This document shows positions 1 to 7,718 of a stretch of DNA of 64,000 nucleotides, piece after piece; positions within the stretch are counted from its first letter, which is position 1; each line of letters begins with the position of its first letter. The DNA lies in the IMG/VR virus record IMGVR_UViG_3300047160_009070, positions 1 through 64,000 of that record, one strand, 5' to 3'. Below the pieces are notes generated by a model, which saw only the letters and a program-made list of their open reading frames with translations, searched no databases and was not told where the DNA came from. The stretch comes from a virus. A program made the translations under genes and the position numbers.

Positions 1-1051
1 CGAGCCGGATCTGCTGAGGGCACCGTAGCGAACGAGCGAGCCGAGTCTCCGGAGGGCACCGAAGAACATGAGCGAGCCGCGTCGCCGAAGGGCGCCGAAG
101 ATGGAGAGCGAGTCGTGCTGTTCGAGGGCGCCGCACTGTGCGAGCGAGCCGTTCTATGGGAGAGCGCCGTGGGTTGGGAGCGAGCCGAGTTTGACGAGAG
201 CACCGCGCAGGTTGAGCGAGCCGCCACGTACGAGAGCACCGTGGTTTGGGAGCGAGTCGAGTCGCGTGAGGGCATCGAACAACAGGAGCGAGCCGTGACA
301 TTGGAGAGTGCCGATGGAACTGAGCGAGCCGTCGGGTCGTGAGTGCACCGCAGTGATTGAGCGGGCCGTGCTGGCCGAGGGCGCCGAAGGATCAGAGCGG
401 GCCGTAGGGTAGGAGTGCGCCGAAACCGGGGAGCGAGCCGAAGATCTCGAGAGCACCGTGGCCTCGGAGCGAGCCGTCCGACCTGAGTGCACCGTACCTC
501 CCGAGCGAGCCGAGCCGATCGAGGGCATCGAGAGTGAAGAGCGAGCCGAGCAGATGGAGAGCACCGCCGGACTTGAGCGAGCCGTGTAGTGATAGAGCAC
601 CGGGCTGCTTGAGCGAGCCGTGGTAAGTAGAGCGCCGAAACGGGAGAGCGAGCCGTAGATGTGGAGAGCACTGTCCAGCATGAGCGAGCCGAACCAGTTG
701 TGTGTGCCGAGAGAAGGTAGCGAGCCGGCGACAACGAGAGCACCGAGGAACACGAGCGAGCCGCGAAGCTGGAGGGCACCGTCCAGCATGAGCGAGCCGT
801 CACGGCGGAGAGCGCCGTTATCAATGAGCGAGCCGAACGACATGAGAGCGCTGTACTGGGCGAGCGAGCCGCAGAGCCCGAGGGCGCCGAACTGGTAGAG
901 CGAGCCGTTGCAGCCGAGAGCACCGTGATTTACGAGTGTTGAGCCGCCTGGCGTAGAGCGCCGTGGTAGATCAGCGTCGAGTCGAAAAAAGTGAGAGCAC
1001 CGAGTAACCCGAGCGAGCCGCCCAGAGTGAGAGCACCGGAGCAAGTGAGCG
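1..1051 (+). repeat. Dual-repeat interspaced array with 36-nt period (TIGR-like guide RNA array); 5' end truncated by window edge
   Basis: GAGCGAGCCG and GAG(A/G/T)GC(A/G)CCG alternate strictly, separated by variable 8-nt spacers (9 nt if the variable first base of the repeat is counted). I count 58 spacers, i.e. 29 units. Occasional +/-1 nt units break codon phase, so it is not a coding repeat. Confidence 0.85.
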
Positions 1052-1082
1052 TCCTACCATCCCGCTAGGATGAACCGAACAG

Positions 1083-2225
1083 ATGAGCGACATCGAACTC
1101 ACAAACGAGCAGGCGGACGTCGTCGACGACATCCGCGACTGGTTCTGGCGGCTCCAACACCGGCGCGGCACCGACCAGTGCATCACCGTCGGCGGGCTCG
1201 CCGGCACCGGCAAAACGACGTTGGCGAACATGCTGCCGGAACGTCTCGAGATCGCCCGGCACAAGGTCGCCTATTGCGCCTACACCGGCAAGGCCGCCAG
1301 CCGGCTGAACGGCGGATCGACGATTCACCGTTTGATCTACAAGCCGCGTGAGCAGCATTGCGAGAAATGCCCGAAGTTCATCGACAAGGAGCTCGTCTGC
1401 CATGGGGACTGTGCGGACTGCACCACCCACTGGGACAGGATCGACCAGCTGTCCGGGCTTGACCTGGTGATCGTCGACGAGGCGAGCATGGTCGACTACC
1501 GCATCTTCGAGGACTTGACGTCGTTCGGTGTCCCGGTCGTGTGGATCGGCGACCACGGCCAGCTACCCCCGATCTGGGGGACGTTCAACCTGATGGCCGA
1601 CCCGCAGCTACGGTTGGAGACGATCCACCGCCAGCTCGCGGACTCGCCGATCCTGAAGCTCGCGATGCAGGCGCGGCGCAACGGCCGTGTCCCGTTCGGG
1701 TTTCACGGCCCGGGTGTCCTGAAACGCCACCGCAACGGGCATTACCCGCTGTTCGCCGACCTGCTGCTGTGCGGGCGCAACAACACGAGGGTGGCGTTGA
1801 ACGCCGCCGCCAGGGCGGAGCGCGGGTTCCCGGAGGACCGGCCGGTCGCCGGCGACCGTGTGGTGTGTCTGCGCAACAACCATGACCTCGGGGTGTACAA
1901 CGGGATCACAGCCCGCGTCACCGCCTGCACCGAGGACCCGGAGGACGTGGAGTGCTGGAAGCTTTCGGTTGAGCTGGACGGGCCCGAGCGCGAGCGCATC
2001 ACGGACATGGTGTGGAGAGGGCAGTTCGGCCAGCTGAAAACGCTTGCTGACGCCCCCCGCGGCGTTGGGCTGTGGGATTACGGGTATGCGTTGACGGTGC
2101 ATAAGGCGCAGGGTTCGGAGGCGGAGCGGGTGGTGCTGCTGGAGCAGCCGGTCACCGACCCGCGGCGTTGGCTGTATACGGGGATCACGCGAGCTCGCCG
2201 GTCGCTCGAGATCATCGCCCGCTGA
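1083..2225 (+). CDS. RecD/Dda-like SF1B DNA helicase
   Basis: Walker A GLAGTGKTT, AYTGKAA, TIHRLIY, IVDEASMV, IGDHGQLPP, IHRQ, YALTVHKAQGSE, LYTGITRA; Cys-rich insert CEKC...CADC. Confidence 0.93.
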   Translation: MSDIELTNEQADVVDDIRDWFWRLQHRRGTDQCITVGGLAGTGKTTLANMLPERLEIARHKVAYCAYTGKAASRLNGGSTIHRLIYKPREQHCEKCPKFIDKELVCHGDCADCTTHWDRIDQLSGLDLVIVDEASMVDYRIFEDLTSFGVPVVWIGDHGQLPPIWGTFNLMADPQLRLETIHRQLADSPILKLAMQARRNGRVPFGFHGPGVLKRHRNGHYPLFADLLLCGRNNTRVALNAAARAERGFPEDRPVAGDRVVCLRNNHDLGVYNGITARVTACTEDPEDVECWKLSVELDGPERERITDMVWRGQFGQLKTLADAPRGVGLWDYGYALTVHKAQGSEAERVVLLEQPVTDPRRWLYTGITRARRSLEIIAR

Positions 2226-2230
2226 CCGTC

Positions 2231-2256
2231 TTTCAGGTTACACGTGTAACCTGAAA
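2231..2256. promoter_or_regulatory. Perfect 26-bp palindrome with parS-like core
   Basis: TTTCAGGTTACAC|GTGTAACCTGAAA; core GTTACACGTGTAAC versus bacterial parS GTTTCACGTGAAAC; lies just upstream of two ParB-like genes. Confidence 0.7.
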
Positions 2257-2339
2257 ACTAACTGCCTCTATGTTCGTAGGATCAGTCGTTTGCTTGACAG
2301 CGGCTATAGGATGGCTGAAACCAACTACCGGGAGGCTAG

Positions 2340-3353
2340 ATGCCTACTATCAAGGATCGGGACCAAGTGCCCGACAACGCCAAGCCGGTCATCGATCTCG
2401 TCGAGCGCCTCGGCTTCAAATGGGAGTTCGACTATGAGTACGCGGTGCCGAACACCTCGCGGCGCGTCCAGATTCGCGAGGAGAAGCATCACGCTCCCAA
2501 AGGGCAGGTCAGCCGCTACAAGAACGCTCTCAAGCAGGGTGACAAGTTCGCGCCGATCGTGGTCTCGAAGGACGGTTTCATCGTCGATGGCAATACGCGC
2601 AGCCAAGCGTCGTCCGAACTCGGCTACCCGACGATCCAAGCGGTCATCCTCGACCGTCCGTGGGAGGGAACCGGCGCGGAACACCAGAAGGTGCAGCGAC
2701 GCATGAAAATGCTCGGAGCGGGCTTCAACGTTCGCAACGGCAAGGGCATCGACAACGAGGAAATCCGGCTTCTGATCGAGTTCGTCGGCGAAGGGTCCGG
2801 CTATGACGCAACCCGGATTGCAGCTCTGATCGGTGTGACCGCGACTACCGTCACGAACTTCTTCCATGAGAAGACTGCGCGTGAGCGTGCCGAGGAACTC
2901 GGCGTGCGTCTAAACGGTTCGCTTTCCGCCACCCAGCTTCGTGCGTTGGGCAAGGCCAAGGTCAACGACCGCCCGTGGAAGGCTGTCGCGGAACTCACGC
3001 AGAAATCGGGCATGAAGGCCGGCGAGATCGATGATCTCGTCAAGCGCTCGAAGGACGCCGGCGACGACCAGAAGGCACTTAGCCTGATCGAGCACGAGGA
3101 GGAAGTCCGGGCCGACCAAATCGCGGATTACACCGCCAGCGGCAAATCGATACCGCCGGCGGCTGCCCGGCTCAGGCAGAAGCTCGGGACGCTGTTGCAG
3201 ATGGATGCCGACTCCACGTCGATGGTCGAGCGGACCCCTGGCCACATGGAGGAGCATCTCGATGTGCTCCAGAGGTCGCTCGCCATACTTGAACGGGTGA
3301 TCGACGAGCAGCAGCAGGCGATCGACAAGCGCGACGCCGCGGTCGCGGCATGA
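2340..3353 (+). CDS. ParB/Srx N-terminal-domain protein with HTH-like region
   Basis: GDKFAPIVVSKDGFIVDGNTR (ParB-type GxxR arginine patch); ATRIAALIGVTATTV HTH-like; SD GGAGG. Confidence 0.75.
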   Translation: MPTIKDRDQVPDNAKPVIDLVERLGFKWEFDYEYAVPNTSRRVQIREEKHHAPKGQVSRYKNALKQGDKFAPIVVSKDGFIVDGNTRSQASSELGYPTIQAVILDRPWEGTGAEHQKVQRRMKMLGAGFNVRNGKGIDNEEIRLLIEFVGEGSGYDATRIAALIGVTATTVTNFFHEKTARERAEELGVRLNGSLSATQLRALGKAKVNDRPWKAVAELTQKSGMKAGEIDDLVKRSKDAGDDQKALSLIEHEEEVRADQIADYTASGKSIPPAAARLRQKLGTLLQMDADSTSMVERTPGHMEEHLDVLQRSLAILERVIDEQQQAIDKRDAAVAA

Positions 3354-4555
3354 GGCTGTACCCGGGTATGGAGCGCCTCGTCGGCGGCGCAACGGAGGAG
3401 GGCGGCGTAGAGCTGCCCTCCCTCTTCTTCGCGCTTCTGCAGGCGGCGCGCCAAGGACCGCTCGACTTGGACGGTGCGGTGAAAATCATCAAGCCGTCTC
3501 ACGCGAACCAGTTCTCGAGGATGCGCGAGCTCTACTCAGCCAACGGGGCAGATGGCGTGAAGACATGCGTCAGGGTTGTGCTCGGCCAGATGGAGCGACG
3601 CCGACTGCTCTCGCTCGAGGATGACCACTGGATCAGGGGCCCCCGGTTTGACGAGAACAAGCCGATGCTTGTCGTGCCCGGCATGAAGGTGACGCTCACG
3701 GGCGGCTCTGACCTGTCCAACCAGGTCGACCAGATCAGGATGGACTTCGCTCATCTCGCGCGCCTGCTGGAGCCGCACGCCGAAGGTCTTCGCCCGGTCG
3801 ACCGCGGCCATGTGGACGCGATCAAGAAAAGCGTCGAGGACTGGGGACTGCTGCCGGGCTCGCCGATCGTGCGTGACAAGAACGGCCGGATTCTCGCCGG
3901 CCGGCATCGCTTGAGGGCTGCTGAGGAGCTCGGGATCCAGTGGCCGGAGGCTGCGCCGGTCAATGCCGACGATGCTCAGGCGGTGAGGATCGCGATGGCC
4001 TCGAATGTGCAGCGCCCTTGGGGGCGCGCCGACTACAGCCGCCTTGAGAGCAAGGGTCTCGGTTCGACCCGGCAGGAAGCGGTTCGGCGCCTGATCGAGT
4101 TGGCTTTGCTGGAGAAGGCTAATCGCTCGAATCGCTCGATTGCGCGCTTGGTCGGTTGCCGTCACGAAACGGTGCAGCCGGTCCGGGAACGCCTTGAGGA
4201 AACTGGCGAAATTCGCCAGTTTGAGCCGGTGCTCGGCGGCAGGGGCAAGACCGAGCGGACTGAAAGAACCCGCGCTCTTAGGACAACGATCACCGAAGCC
4301 CAGAGAGCCGAGATCGAGAACCGGTTGGAGCAGGGCCAGTCCAAGGCACAGATCAAGAAGGACATGCTGGGGGGCAGCGGTCATTCCTCGTCCGCGATCG
4401 ACAAGATCGCTGCGCGCCGGGAGGGCAGACAGCAACCACCGTCGCCCGCCGTCGAGCCAGAAGTCGAAGTCAAGGTCGAAGTCGAGTCCGAAGTCAAAGA
4501 GCCGCACGCCTGCAGGGGTAAGTGCGAGGTCTGTGGCGAGTTGATCACCGCTTAG
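3350..4555 (+). CDS. ParB-like protein (ParB-N + HTH)
   Basis: HVDAIKKSVEDWGLL..PIVRDKNGRILAGRHRLRAAEELG, ASNVQR, SNRSIARLVGCRHETV; ATGA coupling to the upstream gene. Confidence 0.85.
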   Translation: MRLYPGMERLVGGATEEGGVELPSLFFALLQAARQGPLDLDGAVKIIKPSHANQFSRMRELYSANGADGVKTCVRVVLGQMERRRLLSLEDDHWIRGPRFDENKPMLVVPGMKVTLTGGSDLSNQVDQIRMDFAHLARLLEPHAEGLRPVDRGHVDAIKKSVEDWGLLPGSPIVRDKNGRILAGRHRLRAAEELGIQWPEAAPVNADDAQAVRIAMASNVQRPWGRADYSRLESKGLGSTRQEAVRRLIELALLEKANRSNRSIARLVGCRHETVQPVRERLEETGEIRQFEPVLGGRGKTERTERTRALRTTITEAQRAEIENRLEQGQSKAQIKKDMLGGSGHSSSAIDKIAARREGRQQPPSPAVEPEVEVKVEVESEVKEPHACRGKCEVCGELITA

Positions 4556-5023
4556 ATGACCGAGTTCGATGACGACATGACGCTGGGCGAAGCCCGCGAC
4601 CTGCTGCGAACGCTTGTCAAGAAAGGCCATCACTGCCCGCTCTGCACCCAGTACGCAAGGGTTTACAGACGCCCTCTGAACGCCGGCATCGCCCGGGCGC
4701 TGATCCTGATGTACCTCCGGGGCGGCACGGACTGGATTCACAAGCCAACGGTCCTCAACGGGATCGGTGCCGCGGCGCGCGACGAGAGCATCTCCCGCTA
4801 CTGGGGTTTGACCGAGGAGGAGATCGAGCGTCGCGAGGACGGTGGCCGTGCCGGCTGGTGGCGGATCACCGAGGACGGCGAACGCTGGGTTCGTAGACAG
4901 AGCACCGTCTCGAAGTACGCGCTGATCTACGACCAGCGCTGCTTGGGCTTCGACGGTCCGCAGGTCACGATCGTTGATGCGCTCGGCGACAGGTTCGACT
5001 GGCGTGAGTTGATGAACTCCTGA
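4556..5023 (+). CDS. Hypothetical phage protein with CxxC motif
   Basis: HCPLCTQ motif; abuts previous gene; coding-like GC3 bias. Confidence 0.7.
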   Translation: MTEFDDDMTLGEARDLLRTLVKKGHHCPLCTQYARVYRRPLNAGIARALILMYLRGGTDWIHKPTVLNGIGAAARDESISRYWGLTEEEIERREDGGRAGWWRITEDGERWVRRQSTVSKYALIYDQRCLGFDGPQVTIVDALGDRFDWRELMNS

Positions 5024-5059
5024 TGTAGCCGCTTAGCGGCCTATGATCCCCTCTCGAGC

Positions 5060-5332
5060 ATGGGCGTGTTCGACGAGATCATCGTTCTGGACGAGACGAG
5101 CAGCTTCACCGTCGCCACGATCGCCCGTCCAGGGGGACCGTTGGACGAGGGCCTGTTCGACGCGACCGGCACCTGGGTGCCGGATCCGGGAGCCCGCAAT
5201 CTCGAGGTCCCCGGCTTCGGGATAGACAAGAACGGCTTGCCGTACTACGACACCGAGCAGGTCACGCCCGGGGACGAGTCGCAGTTGTGGATCGATGCGG
5301 TCAACGACCTGATTTGGCTGGAGAAGTCCTGA
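5060..5332 (+). CDS. Small acidic hypothetical protein
   Basis: 90-aa ORF with coding-like codon usage, directly before the depolymerase gene. Confidence 0.6.
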   Translation: MGVFDEIIVLDETSSFTVATIARPGGPLDEGLFDATGTWVPDPGARNLEVPGFGIDKNGLPYYDTEQVTPGDESQLWIDAVNDLIWLEKS

Positions 5333-5333
5333 C

Positions 5334-7718
5334 TTGAGGGTCTATCTGAACCAGGGCGGAGGGGGAGGCGGGGGCACCACCACAGTCGGCGGGGCTCTCA
5401 CCGGCACCTATGGCCGCAGCAGCACCAGCGCCGTCCCTGTCCTGCGGTCGTTCGCGGACCCGATGGACTGGGGGGCGAAGGGCGACGGCATCAACGACGA
5501 CGGGCCGGCGTTCCGTGCCGCGGTCGCTGCGTTGAACTGGAACGGGAAGCTGTGGGTTCCCGCCGGGAACTTCCTCATGGGGTCCGCGTCGACGGTCGGT
5601 GGTGCGATCTACATGACCGACAACCAGGCGGGGATGTTCATCACCGGCCAGGGGGAGGGTGTCACCACCATCACCCTGACGTCGTCATGCCCGCGGTTCT
5701 GCGACTTTCAGAGGACCGCCGACTATCAGACGTTGCAGAACTTGACGATCATGGACATGACCGTCGACGCGAACAGCACCACAGGCGACGACCATGTGGT
5801 GTGCGGCACCCTGCAGTCCGGCTGGTGGTTGGGGCGCGTGAACGTCGACAACGTGAAGGTGTGGCGCGTCACGACCCTCAACGTGTTCTCGAGCAGCCTG
5901 CATTCGAGGATGAGCGTCGGGATCGGCTGTTCGCACATCTCGTCGAACGAGTCCACCCAGAACACGATCACGAACGTCGACATCGGGTGGTGCTCGTTCT
6001 ACGGCGGCCGGTTCGGCGCCACCGTTCAGGGTGCGGTGACGGGCGGCGCGTTCGGCGCGAACGTGTGGTGGGACAGCATCCGCATCCACGACCTCTTCCA
6101 CGACGTGCTGATCACCCCGACGTCCAACATCTCCGGCGCGACCGTCCAACTCGGACAGTCCGGGTGGGGTGGCGTCGGCTCGGTCTGGAACTGCGAAGGC
6201 CGGAACTCGCCGGACGTGACGATCGAGATCGACCAGTGCGTGTTCGTGCTGGTCCAGAAGTGCGTGGCGGTCAACGGCTGGTCGCTGCTGTTCCTGATGA
6301 GCTCCTACCACGACCCGCTGTACTCGAGCGGCGGCAGCTACGCGTCAAGCCAGACGGTGGTGTTCGAGGATTGCACGGTGACGGTCACGATCAACACCGG
6401 CGTCCAGAAGTTCGGGGCGTTCGAGAACACCGGCGCGAGCGGCGTGACGCACACCGCGCTCGGGACCGTGTTCTTCATCCGGCCGGTGTTCAACTGGTCC
6501 AAGGCGACGATCGACGCCGGCGCGTTCAGCAACGGCGCGATGTTCGGCATCAACGCCTCCGACCATCTCGGCTGCAACCTGGTGGCGTTCGTGATCGACG
6601 GGCTCCGCGCGGCCGTGAAGGGGTTCACGTACACGTCGGGGTCCGCCACCACCTTCTCGATGATGCATTTCCTGTTTCCGCTGACGCCGACCGGCGTGAC
6701 GCCGGTCCTGCGGATGCATGACAGCCGGATCGCGGTGTCCGGCACCCAGGGCGGCGCCGGCGGGCTGACGTTCCGCTATGTCGGGATCAACGGCACCGTC
6801 AACGTCGACATCGACGGGTTGACGTGCAATCACGCGATCTCCGGCCAGTCCGGCTATGCGTGGATGATCGACTTTGCGCAGGGCGGGCCGGTGAACACCA
6901 TCAACGGGTCGCAGGCGTTCCCGCGCGGCACCACCACCGTCAACTCGACCGCCGGCTTCCCGACGTCCGGCACCTTGTTCATCGGCGGCGTGACCGGCAG
7001 CGTCACCTACACCGGCCTTGGGGGCGGCGGCACCACTTTCACCGGCTGCACAGGCGGGACGGGGACCGCCGCGAACGGCGCGTTCGTGACGTTGACGTCC
7101 ACCAACAACGTCGTGAACACCAGCGTCACCGGCACCGTCAACAAGCTCCGCGCGATCGGTACATGGCCAGCCGGCGGCCTGTCGAACGGGCTGCATGTGT
7201 GGGACGGCCAGTTCGGGACCGGCGTCGGGGACGTGCCGTACCAGCTGCGGTTCAACGACGCCGACTTCCAGGCGTTCCCGTCCGACGGTCTGGTGCAGAA
7301 CTGGACGAGCGGCAGCGTCCCAGCCACCGTGAGCTGGTGGAACTACCTGGATGTCAACGGAGGGTCGCTCACGAACCCTTGGGGGACCGGCACCGGGGGA
7401 AGCGGCCAGAGCGCCCCTGTGTCCAAGGCGGTCGACTATGCGATGTCGCCGACCGACTCGGTCGTGAAGGTGACGGTCTCCGGCAAGACGATCACTTTGC
7501 CGTCCGGCGTGTCCGCCGGCCAGCGGGTGTTCTCGTGGGCGGTCGTGAACGCCTCCAACGGCGGCACCAGTGTGATCCCTCCCGGCAGCCAGGTCATCAA
7601 CAACTGGTCGGGAGGCGGGCAGTACACGTCCAGCATCCCGCTCACGATCGCGGCTGGCGCCCAGGCCGTGGTGTTCATGATCGATCCGGACAACACCGCC
7701 AACTTCATGATCATCTAG
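5334..7718 (+). CDS. Pectate-lyase-like beta-helix protein (tailspike/depolymerase)
   Basis: DWGAKGDGINDDGPAFRAAV...LWVPAGNF...ITGQGEGVT, typical start of Pectate_lyase_3 beta-helices; Gly/Thr/Asn-rich; TTG start. Confidence 0.8.
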   Translation: MRVYLNQGGGGGGGTTTVGGALTGTYGRSSTSAVPVLRSFADPMDWGAKGDGINDDGPAFRAAVAALNWNGKLWVPAGNFLMGSASTVGGAIYMTDNQAGMFITGQGEGVTTITLTSSCPRFCDFQRTADYQTLQNLTIMDMTVDANSTTGDDHVVCGTLQSGWWLGRVNVDNVKVWRVTTLNVFSSSLHSRMSVGIGCSHISSNESTQNTITNVDIGWCSFYGGRFGATVQGAVTGGAFGANVWWDSIRIHDLFHDVLITPTSNISGATVQLGQSGWGGVGSVWNCEGRNSPDVTIEIDQCVFVLVQKCVAVNGWSLLFLMSSYHDPLYSSGGSYASSQTVVFEDCTVTVTINTGVQKFGAFENTGASGVTHTALGTVFFIRPVFNWSKATIDAGAFSNGAMFGINASDHLGCNLVAFVIDGLRAAVKGFTYTSGSATTFSMMHFLFPLTPTGVTPVLRMHDSRIAVSGTQGGAGGLTFRYVGINGTVNVDIDGLTCNHAISGQSGYAWMIDFAQGGPVNTINGSQAFPRGTTTVNSTAGFPTSGTLFIGGVTGSVTYTGLGGGGTTFTGCTGGTGTAANGAFVTLTSTNNVVNTSVTGTVNKLRAIGTWPAGGLSNGLHVWDGQFGTGVGDVPYQLRFNDADFQAFPSDGLVQNWTSGSVPATVSWWNYLDVNGGSLTNPWGTGTGGSGQSAPVSKAVDYAMSPTDSVVKVTVSGKTITLPSGVSAGQRVFSWAVVNASNGGTSVIPPGSQVINNWSGGGQYTSSIPLTIAAGAQAVVFMIDPDNTANFMII

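Noticed and set aside
154-1044. 296-aa minus-strand ORF with GSL/GAL repeats, and short + strand SEP/RAP or ERA/EST ORFs
   Set aside because: By-products of the 18-nt DNA periodicity; the repeat register switches frame mid-ORF and conservation is at nucleotide level
1-1051. CRISPR array or iteron origin
   Set aside because: Repeats (10 nt) and spacers (8-9 nt) are far too short for CRISPR, two repeat types alternate, and there are no cas genes; mostly unique spacers over 29 units do not fit iterons
2290-2312. TTGACA promoter for the ParB-like genes
   Set aside because: No -10 hexamer at 16-18 bp spacing
5318-5336. Possible +1 shift at GAG AAG TCC TGA C fusing 5060 to the depolymerase
   Set aside because: UCC to CCU re-pairing is poor, and a TTG start with a GGAG SD explains the downstream gene; kept only as a weak candidate
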